This document shows positions 26,055 through 38,889 of a DNA stretch of 64,000 nucleotides, in pieces. This DNA comes from Spongospora subterranea f. sp. subterranea (taxonomy: Eukaryota): contig JAUGWO010000120.1 of NCBI GenBank assembly GCA_049724395.1, positions 1 to 64,000 of the forward strand, written 5' to 3'. Each line of letters opens with the position of its first letter. Positions within the stretch are counted from its first letter, which is position 1. Made by a program: the position numbers and the translations under genes. Under the pieces are notes generated by a model. It was not told the DNA's origin. It saw only the letters and a program-made list of their open reading frames with translations, and did no database searches.

Positions 26055-27002
26055 ATGGCGGCGAAGCAGTTCGTACTGATCGCTTTGTTGGTTAGCTCAG
26101 CCGCTTCGTTGATAAGTGAGCAGTCGTCACGATCCTGGTTGGCGAACTCGCTTCAACCTATCCTCAAACACTATGGCAACGCTAATCTCAACGTAAAAGA
26201 ACTGACGAAAAGGTCCACCAGCATTAGTGAGATCGTTTCCTCACTGAACGGCCTCGAACGCTATCTGAACGATGAGATTGACTCGATACGTGAAGCCGCT
26301 CGTTTGCTGAAACGAGAGACGTTCACCGACCTAGAATACGCGGAGACCGAGATTGCGAAATTGAGGGAAGAACACCAGAAAACGACGTCGGAAAGGGATC
26401 GGATAATGCGCAAAACAGATGAAATCCATAAAAGCGTCATGAAAGCACGCGACGATCAACGATTTTGGAAAGAAACAACGGATATGTTGCCGAACATGAC
26501 GCCAGTTATTTTAAGACTGCGAAATTCTGCAAACTGTTCCGACCTATTCAAATATGAGCTATATCAAGTTCTAACGTCATCCGGACGTAATCGCCTTACG
26601 TTTTCGTTTGATGAGAAACCTTGCGACCTGTACGACAACACAATACAGAGGATTCGCGAATACGTGTCGTCTCGCGGTGAAAACGCACACAATCTGGTGG
26701 AGGATTTACAGGACTGGATGAACCGGCGAACCCGAGAGATGGACGATACAATAAGTGAAATGCAAAGCACAATGGAGAGGATGATGATAAAAACCGCCGC
26801 CGCTACGAGAGATATCAAGCGAATCGATGCAGTAGTTGCCAGCCATGAAGCGCTGATCCAAGCCAATCTGAGAGCATTAGACCAGAACGAGAAGAGAAAC
26901 GAGGTCGAATTGCGGCAGTTGTATGAACATATGGATGTTATCTCGTCCATTTCAAGAAGTGTCAAGGTATCGGGGTTCGAATCAATCTGCATTTTTGGTT
27001 GA
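26055..27002 (+). CDS. Putative secreted coiled-coil protein
   Basis: Long ORF; MAAKQFVLIALLVSSAAS is signal-peptide-like; E/K/R/M-rich heptad-type sequence follows. Confidence 0.65.
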   Translation: MAAKQFVLIALLVSSAASLISEQSSRSWLANSLQPILKHYGNANLNVKELTKRSTSISEIVSSLNGLERYLNDEIDSIREAARLLKRETFTDLEYAETEIAKLREEHQKTTSERDRIMRKTDEIHKSVMKARDDQRFWKETTDMLPNMTPVILRLRNSANCSDLFKYELYQVLTSSGRNRLTFSFDEKPCDLYDNTIQRIREYVSSRGENAHNLVEDLQDWMNRRTREMDDTISEMQSTMERMMIKTAAATRDIKRIDAVVASHEALIQANLRALDQNEKRNEVELRQLYEHMDVISSISRSVKVSGFESICIFG

Positions 27003-27500
27003 ACTAAGGAAGTATTGGTAGGATTGGCGACGAGCTGGTCGCGATTCCCGTCATGAATTATAGGTAGGCGAACTGTGACCAAAAACAACCCATCACGAAA
27101 ATAAAGCATGAACAGGTAGATTAGACAGTTGTATTGTGACAGGACATTGCCCAGGCCGTGTCGAAATACCAACAGATCGCCCCAAGCGCATACTCTCGTA
27201 CCAGTAAATCAGCTACGACACAACAATTCCAAGAGCCAGGTTCTTTAACATCACCGGCGAGTCCGACGCCGAATGTTCTTCCCTCGAACTCGAACTTTTG
27301 GTTCTGTAATATCGACAAATTCCCAACGCAGTGGCGACACCAGATTGAGTTTTCCCTGGAAACGAAGTGCGTTTTGTGTATTTGGCGATATCCCGTGATG
27401 CCCCGGCGGACCGAACCCCTTCTAGGCGCTCTTTTGTTGTCTGTTTCATCGGGTTGGGTCGGGCCATCTGTGACGGACGGAGGTGGCGATACCATTAGGG

Positions 27501-28765
27501 ATGGCGCTAGCGGCCGAGAAGGCGTTCCTGGCACATGATTGGGATGCCGACAAGGCGTGGCAGTCGCGCCTGGCCCAGATTTTCATCGCCAACGGAGTCG
27601 ATCATGACACGGCCATCGCCAAACTTAAACGGAAGTATTACCAATCCGACATTGTAAACGCGCCTTGCGAAGATGATCTGGAAACTGTTGTTTTTTTATA
27701 CTTCTTTCGATTGTAGAATGAGGAGCTATCGTTAACGCCGACTTCGGAGCCACCAGTATCATCCTCCAAACAGCAATCTGGTACTCTAGAATTCAACAGG
27801 CGTGTGCTTATTGGCAGCAATTATGTGCGACTGGGTCTTTATTCGCTAAATATATTGCTCGGCATTGGGTAATTTCTGATTTGTTGGAGTTCCACACGTT
27901 CTGGGATCAATTTGTATTTTGAAACACTAGTTATTTGATGAGCTTCAGTTCTGGATCATATTTTTGTTTCAAGTACATGATGGTGTCGTCGCTTCTAGGG
28001 TGTTTCCTGCACATCGGCATCACTTATGGGGTAAACCACGACAAAATGTGTCATGAACTCTCTCCTAATATCGCTTATTGCCGTTTCATCAGAAACCGAA
28101 ATTCAATGTCGAATTTGCTCAGCTTCTTTTCGTCGACGAAGAAACACATTTTATTCTCATGTATCTTGCCATGATCATGTGTTCTCCAATGCTATGTAAG
28201 CTTTGCCGCTTTTTTGCACTCTCTTGTTTCTTTTTCCCCATTTGAAATGTTCGCCCTTTTTTGAAACGCTCTAACTGTCGTATATTGATATAATGCCTCA
28301 ATAGTGCCTGTGATCAATGTCATGGTTCGGTCGTCACTGTTTGTGGCGTCTTCATTGGATAATGCTATTCTGCCAATGTATTCGCCTACTTTGCACGCCA
28401 AGGCCTCTCCGTTCTTGAACATGGTCATCATCAGAAAGTTTGCTCTCTGCAACTGGCTTGCAACTGTCGATCTCGCGATCGGGTTCGTGTTTTTATTCGA
28501 GCTCCTATCATCCTCCCGGCAGCTCCTGGTCTTGATGATTTTCTGGCAATATCTTCGCATTCGGTACATGTTTTCCAGTGCAGGTCGGCAAGCGTTCCAA
28601 AGGCTGGGTGCCACGTTGGACTCGTGGCTATTGTCTTCCAGGTCCCCCGCCATTGTTCAAACAGCATATCGGAAGGTCCAATCGTATGCCTATAGCTTGG
28701 TAGATCCTGAACAAGCCAAAACCCGTCAATCGCAGTATCAGAACTCGCGTTGCAATGTCATGTAG
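27501..28765 (+). CDS. TMEM33/Pom33 (UPF0121)-like membrane protein (multi-exon)
   Basis: N-terminal FLAHDWDADKAWQ...KLKRKYY, several TM segments, IFWQYLRIRYMFSSAGRQAFQRL, and C-terminus RCNVM*. Confidence 0.7.
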
Positions 28766-28867
28766 AATAAATGCTCAAGGACTGATTCAGTTCCTTTTTT
28801 GATGCGAAATGCTCGGGAATACTCCATGTGTAATCGAAATAGTATAGGTTTATGATTTAAGGCAATA

Positions 28868-30268
28868 CTACATTAAATCAAATACGACTTCAAGGGCCAG
28901 AACAGCACCAGAAGTCAAAACCACGACGGCCATGCAAAACATCCCCAATCTGAAGAATTGTCTCAGGCTGACATCAATCTGAAAATTGACAAATAAAATA
29001 GACTTCCAGAGGATGCCGGCCAACGATCCAATAAAAGTGATGTTGGCACCGAAATTGCTGCCGAGGACGATGCTGAACATTATTGCTCTGGCGATGCGGA
29101 TGGCCTCTTCAGGACCAGCAACGTCCTGAAGAGTGGACAGAAACTGTTCTTGCTTAATAATCCCAACGAATAAAATCGTCATGGGCTGGTTGTTGATTAG
29201 ATTGCAAAAGAGCATCGAGAGAACCAAGACGAAAAACGTTGAAAATACTACTCCAAACTGCCCACATAATTCGGCCAGAAGCACTGAAACCTTCCCGGTC
29301 AACGTCAGCACGTTTAACGCTTCGACCAAAATGAACATCCCTAATATGAACGGCGTCACGCCGAATGGGACGCTCTCAGCAATCTTCAGCACGCGCTGGA
29401 ATTTCACATTGGGATACGAATTAACAACGTCCACCGTCAGATCGATTACAAACATAGTGGCGCCGAAGCACAGGCAAACCACCCATGGAGCAATTCCGAT
29501 TAGTGATGAGAAAACGATTCCAAAAAGGCACAAGCTGAAGAAACCGACGGAGATCCCCGCCATGATTCGATTCGGGATTATCGTTTTCACGTCAACCTGA
29601 TCGAGGAGAGGATGGTGCGACAATTTCAGAATCTCTTGCTGCATGGAGAACTCTCGGCGGAATACCCAGAACAGCGACATGAGCAACGCGACCCCGGCCG
29701 CAATGCTGGGCAGAAGCATCCACTGAACATACGACCAGAATGTGAGGCCATACGCGTCGCTCACAACAATATTCGTCGGATTGGAAAAGAAAAATATCGT
29801 CGATACCGTGTTGGCCGAGAAAAACTGCACGAATAAAAGCGGAATTGGATCCAACGCAGCGTCAGCTGATAAATGGCAAACGATCGGTGTTAACGTCAAA
29901 ATGACGATGTCGTTGGAAGTGAAGACAGTTAAAAACGTGGCCAGAATGAAGATGTACACGAAAATTTTCTTATAGGATGAACCAGCGTTGGCCATCATTG
30001 ATATCGACAGCCATTTCAGAACACCGGTTTGATTCAAGGAAAGGCAAAGATAGGCGAGAGATTGGAACAGGATGATGATGGTATATGGCCTGAGGGAGTC
30101 GATGCCGACGATGGCACGAAACGAGTCCTGGAAGGATATCACTTGCGTCGCCAGCAATAAGGCAACGCTTATAATCGGGGCGGTCGACATGGACAGCCAG
30201 ACATGTCGGAAAACCCGAGCCGGCCGAAGAGAGTAAAATATAGCGAAAAGATAAACCCAATGAAGCAT
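28868..30268 (-). CDS. ArsB/NhaD (IT superfamily) transporter, arsenite/silicon efflux-like (possible extra 5' exon)
   Basis: 466-aa multi-TM ORF with FTSNDIVILTLTPI, SNPTNIVV, NLINNQPMT and GSNFGANITFIGSLAGILW. Confidence 0.88.
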   Translation of the reverse strand: MLHWVYLFAIFYSLRPARVFRHVWLSMSTAPIISVALLLATQVISFQDSFRAIVGIDSLRPYTIIILFQSLAYLCLSLNQTGVLKWLSISMMANAGSSYKKIFVYIFILATFLTVFTSNDIVILTLTPIVCHLSADAALDPIPLLFVQFFSANTVSTIFFFSNPTNIVVSDAYGLTFWSYVQWMLLPSIAAGVALLMSLFWVFRREFSMQQEILKLSHHPLLDQVDVKTIIPNRIMAGISVGFFSLCLFGIVFSSLIGIAPWVVCLCFGATMFVIDLTVDVVNSYPNVKFQRVLKIAESVPFGVTPFILGMFILVEALNVLTLTGKVSVLLAELCGQFGVVFSTFFVLVLSMLFCNLINNQPMTILFVGIIKQEQFLSTLQDVAGPEEAIRIARAIMFSIVLGSNFGANITFIGSLAGILWKSILFVNFQIDVSLRQFFRLGMFCMAVVVLTSGAVLALEVVFDLM

Positions 30269-30681
30269 ATGATGCCCCCGGCCACAATATTGACCATGTC
30301 ACCGCTCAATCATGAAGGAATTATGGTCTGAAGCTCAACAAACTCCACAAAACACCAAAAAACTTCACAGATTTCAGATCATCCGCAAACTGGACCGCTG
30401 TTGTAGAAAAGTTCAGTAACGCCAGGTGTACTGTAGACTGTAGTTGACAGTCTAGAGCGTGGGCTGCACGACTGCTCCCCTGTTCAAACGTGACTTCCAG
30501 ACTACACAATACCAAGTGAGCAGCAACCCCGTAGGACGCGGGTGAGAAAACCCCGGTTTCGGGACCATGGCTGGTGTACTGCGTACACCGTAATTAAACC
30601 GGACCACAATATTTGTCGACCCCCATTATCAGGTCGGTGGCGGGTAATAGTGTGGACCGCTCTAAATCTGAATCCACTCTA

Positions 30682-31615
30682 CCGTACTTCACAAAATAAA
30701 TGTCCGGGACCTCTTGAAAATGTGATCAAGTTAACATTAATTGTGGTCAAAAATCGTCCTATTTTGTGAAACTTTTGTTAAGTTTTGGATTCACTTTCTC
30801 AAAAGTGCGCACGTCGTCATAGATACACTACGGAACACTATAGTGTACGTACTGTCATTGTGTTGCGCAACCGGAGTACAAATTACGTCGTACAGTACGT
30901 ACAAAGGTCGACCACCAACAATCGTTGGACCTTGAAATGAGGTTTTGGAAGTATTGTTTGCAATGTGTTATCTCAAAACAATCAAACATATTTTGGTGTT
31001 GATTATTCTGCAGCTGCGGAATAGAATTGTTGCTTGTGACCTCATTCAATTTCAAAGATTGTAGATTCTCTAACAACGCTTTATATACCCCATTCTCCTC
31101 ATGCTTGGCCAGATAATCCATGAACGCTGATTGATCCTCGGATCGGTAATCTTGCACGAAAGAGGCAAACGCTTGAGAAATTCTCAGCGATGTTCCTCAA
31201 AAGCCTTCTCCAACAAATTCATCACGTTGTTCCTGTCCAGCTTATATTTACTGCCAGGGCTCTTGAAGAATTGTTTCAGAGGCTTGTTGGAATGTTAATG
31301 CAGCTCCGGAAACATATCTCGGCGAACCATGCGTCCGACATTTTCAACATTGCCTTGGCTTTGTCCACGTTTTCTGGAGCGTCAATCCATCGCTGGTTAA
31401 CTGGATTTGATAACAGCCATCGCTTCATTTTGACAATATCACCAATCACCAAAAAGGAATGCAAACTGCGGAACTTCGGATTTCACACTGAAGTGATTTT
31501 TTTATTTTGTCTCGGTAATTGTGATTTTTTTGTGATAAAAAAATCACAAAAACGTTAAAAGGTGCGGAGATATTGTGATTATTTTGTTAATAACCATTTA
31601 TTTTGTGAAGTACGG
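30682..31615. mobile_element. Non-autonomous TIR element (Tc1/pogo-type CCGTA TIRs)
   Basis: CCGTACTTCACAAAATAAATG at 30682, preceded by TA, and its exact reverse complement ending at 31615. Degenerate minus-strand ORFs inside. Confidence 0.75.
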
Positions 31616-31619
31616 TTTG

Positions 31620-31830
31620 TGCCAAGTGGTGCGGTCGAATATATTCTTCGACGGGTATTAGCCATGATTCTGCTCGAATTCAGGCTTTAATCAATTTCCA
31701 ACTACCAACAACTGGAGCTGATCTCATGCAATTCGTATGTGCAGTGACGTAGCTATCATTTCTATCCCAAATTTTTCATGTGTAATTGCTCCCTTACGAC
31801 AAATTTTGGAAAACGTTTTCTCTGGTTTGA
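31620..31830 (+). mobile_element. Ty3/gypsy RT fragment
   Basis: AKWCGRIYSSTGISHDSARIQALINFQLPTTGADLMQFVCA*. Confidence 0.65.
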
Positions 31831-31839
31831 CATTGCGGA

Positions 31840-32953
31840 CAAAGAAGCCACCATGCATTTGACGTTGTGTGCGGATGATGATGCTATTCAGCCCAAGCCA
31901 ATAATTATATTTCGCGGAACAGGGAAATATATAATGAGATCTTCGGAAATTGACGAATATGTAAGGCGGCCTTGCTCTTATTTTCGGGGAGAGTCTCATA
32001 ATTACTCCAGGACAAACGAGTGAATGTTTTATTCCAGAAATGCGCATGGGTTGACACAGTAACTGCACTCGATATTGTGAAACTCTATAAAAGCGATCCG
32101 GCGTTTGCAGAGCAACGTCGTCGGTTAATGTTATGCGATAACCTGGATGCACATATCTCGGCAGATTTTGTTGATGCCATGAACACCAATGTGGGGGAGA
32201 TACATCTGCTTCCTCCCAATTTGACGCACCTCATTCAGCCTGGTAATTCTCGTCAACAATTGTGCGACAATTCTTGTTTAATTTATCTTTATACTGAATA
32301 TAGTTGACGCGGGCCCCGGAAGATCCATAAAATACTGGATGGGCAATGCCCTTGACGAAGCATTGGACGATCCCAGTTTCTTAGACAAGCGGTCGAATGG
32401 CAAGTTCAGTGCCAAAGAACGACGAATTCTGATGACAAGATGGGCTGGTGACGCCTATGAAAAACTTATATCCAGTCGCCGCAATGAGAGATATTTCGTG
32501 AAGACTGGATGTTTGTTGAGAATCGATGGCCATCAAAACGCGATCAATGTGCAAGGACTGCCAAATTACTCGTTTCCCGACGTCAATGCCACCAGCCTCG
32601 TCATCAACCTCGACAGCAGCGATGAGGGCAGTGTTGGAGACAGCGGCCTCAGCGATTTTGAAGGGTCTAGCGATGATGGAGACCTATGCGACAAGGACGA
32701 CAGCAAAATAAGCGACCATGAAGAAGTCTTCATCATTTTTGATGAAGCTCTAATTGCCTCTGGAACAGTCCACTTGCAGCGGAGGATTCTTCATGGCATT
32801 GAAGTCGCAGAATCGGATGTCGTTGTACTGATCAGCGAGATGTATTGTGAGGGCAGGTTTGGCACGGATCCTGTCGGGGAACCCATCACAAAAGGCAGTT
32901 ATCTGAGTGTTAACCGGTCTTGCATACACAAGAAAACATTTTATCAACAATAA
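31840..32953 (+). mobile_element. pogo-like DDE_1 transposase, 5'-truncated, with introns
   Basis: KPIIIFRGTG; FQKCAWVD; LMLCDNLDAH...LLPPNLTHLIQP|VDAG; ERRILMTRWAGDAYE. Confidence 0.85.
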
Positions 32954-33754
32954 AGCTAAAAATGGCACCCCGAAAAAAAATTCTCTTCAATAAGGCGTTA
33001 GACCCAAAGGCCAACATTTGTATAAGACCCCAAAACCCAGACTTAGAATTACATAGTCTTATTAGGAACAATTACTGTACGGTAATGATGTGGTTGGAGA
33101 TTTATGGCGAATTGGTAGTACATACAGTACTAACTGAGTTCATCCACGGTTTGTTGGCCGGAACATGGTCCGTACCCGTAAACAGCGACAATGGATCACC
33201 ATTGACCGTTCATTATCCAGTTGATCATATAGTCTCATTAGTGAAGATGACGTCAATTCCACCTCCAACCGCAGATGTCGGCGACGATCCAAAATCACGG
33301 GAAGAATGGTTTCAAGATCTTCGAGCGTCAAGCGAGTCGCCTCAATCTGGCATTGAGGACAAAGCTAGAGAGTTGGCCGCCGACGATGCAGCTAGGCGGG
33401 TTGGTAAACAAAAGGAGGGAAGCGGACCGCAAGGGCCACTGGATCCGCTATATCCGGATTCCAGATAATCGTATCGCGGAAGACACGACCTTAATATGAT
33501 TAATGCAACGATTGTGTCTGGTCAGCACTCGATATTTTGGCCTAAAATCGGTTGATCTACGCTAGCGTTGGCATCTCCTCAATATCTGGCTGTAAAAACT
33601 ACCCCGTATCGTTGACAGCAGTAGAATATCGTTACATAAGGTCATTGTCAGATAACGACCTGGTGACGTCAGGCAACTAGATTGGGATGGCGGTAACAAC
33701 AAGAGCCGATTGAGCGAGCGATATATATCACTCTTTAATCAATTGACGGTATGA

Positions 33755-34342
<588 letters not shown>

Positions 34343-34699
34343 GCTTGACACTGGCACAGTGCCGAGTGGGGCCGACCCGGAGAGCGACCCCCTACGTATA
34401 AATATTATAATTCATGAATACTGATTCAGGGATTCACTCACTCAGGCCCATCGGACTTCACATCACAGTGCAGTTCACAGTCTGAACTGCGACACCACAA
34501 CAGTGGACTTATTAAGTGGTCAGTGTGGGTGGGACCCACACTGGCCACTCCCGTCCGGTGAACCAGGAAATGGGCTCATCATTGAGTCATCATTGTACAT
34601 GGCCAAGACAGTTGGACAGGTTCAGAGATGACCTGATGGCGAGTAATCGAAATCCAATAATGACGTGGTTTTGTTTTTGTTGAACACCTCGTTCGTTTG

Positions 34700-35900
34700 G
34701 GATACGATCTCGTCTCGGTTTTTTACTCCAATGGGGAATGGGGTTGCTGCAGGTTAATCAATCAATGCTCGAACATATCCTCGTCGTTTTTCGATCGATC
34801 GCTTTGTTAACCAAGACCGCTAAAACATTCTTGAATACTCCTACTATAGCTGTTTTGGTGATCGATTTCTTCCATATTCAGGACGATGCACACCAGGTGG
34901 CGGTTGAACACTTCCGATGATTGCACCGAAAACATGCATCTCCGATATACCTTTTCTTGCGTTGCTGTTCGTCTGTATGTGTTCGCACGACCCGTTGTAC
35001 AAATCGAATCACAGATTGAATGACCTCCTTGTTCGCGTAATCAGTCCGTTCTCGGGTCCCGGTTCCTGATTTTAGCCCATTCGCGTCCGTCCTCGTCCTC
35101 CTCTAGATTCCAGCCCCCGGTCCCCTTCCTTCCCCCGTATCCCCAGTTTTCCCGAGTAAAGCCAGCGGTTTCTGGGAAATATATAAACATCCCAAATATC
35201 CAGTCATGTGTGATTGTTCGAAACTTGTGACAAATTCGTCATTTGTCCATGATTGTTTTTCCTCTTCTGTTAACGGTACGCCATCAATCAGAAACTGAAT
35301 GCTCTCAGCGAACACCGACAATTGCTGAATATTCAGAATCCGAATTGAAGGCCACGAGAAGGGGTAAAGCCAGCAACAGACTTGCAAGTTGGTGTCGATT
35401 AATTATGGGCTAACGCAGCACTAAACAGCGGAAAGGACGGCGGCCAACCCATCGAGCCGTCCGTCCCAAGCAAACCAAATGACAAGATTCTATGCTATGG
35501 CATCAAGTTTCGCCCTGGTCCAAAGCCACCACCTCCTGACGTCTGTAATAATGCCCTCACCGAACCCATCCGGCTCATTAAAGGTCAAGACCCTCCTGCG
35601 TATCTGTAGATTGCAGCTGGTGTGGATAATGTTGAACAATGAATGGGATTGTTGCTGAATTCGTATCTCTAATGGCAGCCTGTTCTCTGGTTGAGATGCC
35701 GACGTTGCCGTTTTCTTTATAGAGGAAGGCGTCCGAATAACTTCGGGATTGAGGACGACGATACAACAGATGGATGTGCTTGATGCGGTTCTTCTCTGTC
35801 GTAATGTCTCTGCAAATATGGATTAGTTCGCCTCTCCATGTTTTGCTCTGATCCGAAGCCACCACATCCTGACGTCGATTTATGCCTTACCGAAACCGGC
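34700..35900 (-). pseudogene. Degenerate gag-like retroelement remnant (tentative)
   Basis: Broken ORFs with WTNDEFVTSFEQ and a CFRCNH Cys/His knuckle-like motif near 34930. Confidence 0.3.
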
Positions 35901-37765
35901 CGGCTGATTGGGCTCCTACTATAGGCCGGGCTGGTTGTGGGCAAGGGTCAGGTTATGCAAGTTGGGCGAACCACGGAAAACAGGAAGTATTAAGAGTGGT
36001 TTCCGACTGAAAGCTTGTTCATGGGGATCAAGAACAGTTTTTTGGAATGTAGAGTCAGGATAGCGTCAAGTCTTTTGAAAATTATGGGGGCTGCCTGAAC
36101 GGCAGGGGAGCCTTGAAACCCAATCATGATAATAATCATGGTCGGAAAGTTGACCCATAACCATGGCGTCATATGTTAACTATGGCATATTAACGAGGCC
36201 AAGGTTTCTTCTTCAAGATTGGACAATCTTTCTCAAATTCAAGCAGTTAAGCTTTGTGGTAAGTAATTTGTGGTCACTTCGACAACCAGCGAATTAGCCA
36301 CCTCCTCCATCTGCTACCACTGACCAACTCTATTACTGTAGCAGGAACCACCTAAACACTTTCCGTTCTCAGCCTTCGCCCTGACATCCCAGAGAGCAGT
36401 TTAATATCAATGGAGAATACGTCGTTCTCCTTCTTTTCTTAAGAAGAAGTTGACCGAACAATGAGGTGGAGATCAGCGCATTGAACAGCACAATTCGTGC
36501 CCCATGGCGATACCTTGTTTTTGTTGGAAGACCTTGTTGCCACACTCAGAAATTTTCACAGACCGCTTTCCTCAAGGGAAAACTGTCACTAGTCAACAAC
36601 CAAAAAGTTGAACCTGACATAACTTGAATAGATATAACCAACATCCACGAACTAACTGCTTAAAAAAGAACCGAATCTGCTGGATTTTCTGTTCACGTTC
36701 TAAGGGTCATTCGATCAAGTGCAATGGTAAACCGAATCCGGGTAATAGAACCAGCGATGCTTGTCGAGCTTTGTTTCAGGACAGATTACTGCGAAAATGT
36801 TTGAAATTTTGCGAATTGGAGGTGAATGGTTAAATAAAACAAATACTAGATGCTCAAGAATCCAAAATTGCTACGAGAGAATACGCCTGAAGTTCGCTTA
36901 TATGGATCCAAGCTGTGAATGAGTTGAGAGGCTAATACCGTGGTCAGAATCAGGAACGCATATCGGCAACGTCCATTGACGTTTTTGCAAATGCCCACGA
37001 TGGTATGACGAAAACTTCAGGCCATAGCAATGCTTGTTTGGGGCCGAGTTGATTTCAGAGTTATCTGGTTCTTGCCCTTGTGTAAGGAGGTTCGTTCATC
37101 ACTCTGACGATCATGGACAGGCCTGAACTTCAGTAATTTGGAAGCAGAACTGTCAATGATAATCAGATTGGTTATCGCTCCAACACAAATCCGGTGCAAA
37201 ATGCCGAACAGAATGGTCCTGGGCAGATTGCGAGCTACACTAACTTTTCGACCACAATGATGAGATCGGAACCGACCAGCACCGACTTGAAAAATTATTC
37301 AAGCATTCATGCATATGGCCAGCAAGTTTTGTCTATTCATACTAGCAAAGCTTCTTAACAGACAATATTTTTGTCGATATAAATCACCCAACGTAAGACA
37401 TGAAATGACCTTGTTTTTCATCTTGACGAGGGTAAACAAGAGCTTCCGTTATTTGTCAGGAAAGGTATTCGCCCTTGTCTGTGAGTTAGACTATCCGGGC
37501 GCCAGAATTTTGTTGTTGCTTTTGAACCAAGGTCATCGTCGAGAGAGCGAGGCCTATGGAAACCGGTTAACAGCAACGCAACGAGGAGACCATGGATCTA
37601 TGTTTGATAAAGGCGAACATCATATTGCTTGTTATGTTTTGGTCAAATGGGTGCAATCAAGTAGAGTGGTTCCAGAAATAGACGAGCGCAAAGGAACAAA
37701 CTGGAATTTAGAATAATAATGAAAGCGATGGATTTTATTAACGAAACCCATTTACAATAGGACAA

Positions 37766-38342
37766 TCAGTAAATACTGGTTTGTTTCATGATTGCCATAA
37801 ATTCTTCAGCGTCGATTTCTCCGTCTTGATTCTTATCGAATTCGTCGATCATCGCTTGTAATTCGTCATCAGCTAGATTTTCGCCAAGTTCTCGGGCGAC
37901 TTTCCGCAGATTCTTCAGAGATATTTTTTCCTGTATTGTCTTCATCAAACAGCGCGAACGCCTTCATTATTTCTTCATCTGGATCTCTTTCTGCAATCTT
38001 CTGTGTCACTACAGCCAAAACAGCATTAACGCAAACTCAGGTGCAATCTATCGGCAAAAACATACTGATTTCAACAAAATCCGCATATTCAACATGTCCA
38101 GATTCATTGCGATCATACTCCTGCATTAATTTTGTGACTTCTTGTTTGTTGACATCAAACCCAAGAGCGCGCATCGCAACTTTTAGTTCGTGATAATCGA
38201 TCGTTCCACTCTTATCGGTATCAAATAAATCAAACGCCTCCTTGATCTCCTGTTTCTGCTCCTCACTAAGATCAGGCCGTGATTTTCGCCGCGGTTTGAT
38301 ACGAGGTGCGATTCCGCCGTATTCCATTCTTCGGTTCGCCAT
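37766..38342 (-). CDS. CETN3: Centrin (centrin-3/Cdc31-like), two exons
   Basis: [38 protein letters not shown]...[29 protein letters not shown]. One extra base in the T-run 37924-37929. Confidence 0.95.
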
Positions 38343-38889
38343 TCACCAATAGAGAATCACCGATTGGTAAGTTCTGAATTTCGACACACTGTTTTCGCAG
38401 AAACAGCCGATCACAGACGGTCCCACAGTTGCGCAGTTGTGTGGCGACAGTGGCGCCTAACTGTACTTTGTTTATGCCATACTGTTGAAAGCCAGAAAGC
38501 GGTTTGCACTTGCAAATGCAGGCTGTAGGTTTCTGACCAGCTGCAAACTAGGGCAACTGCCACTTGCAAAAACGTTTGAGCTGGTTATAAAAAACATTAT
38601 AGGCGAAAGCGTTCGCCTTACAAACACAAAACAGGTCGCTTCTTAATTCGACCCGAAGCCAGAAAAATGTGTCCAGCAGCGAAGGTCGTTGTGGTCACTT
38701 GCCATTCTATGCAGCTCATTCTTAAGTGGCGGGTCGTTTTCCTTATCCAAATCCAACATTTTTATACAAATTGTGCATTGTACTCTTTGATTTTTGTCAA
38801 AACAAAGAATGATCGACGGTCAATATTTACATAGAGTGTACTCACAACCCATAAAGTCGTCGATATGTTTTCCGTCAACGTCAAAGTGT

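Noticed and set aside
21634..29975. Long antisense ORFs (21634-22071, 23743-24180, 26564-27172, 28192-28653, 29133-29600)
   Set aside because: Shadow frames opposite well-supported genes.
36200..37716. Short ORFs between the gag-like remnant and centrin
   Set aside because: No recognisable motif or consistent exon chain.
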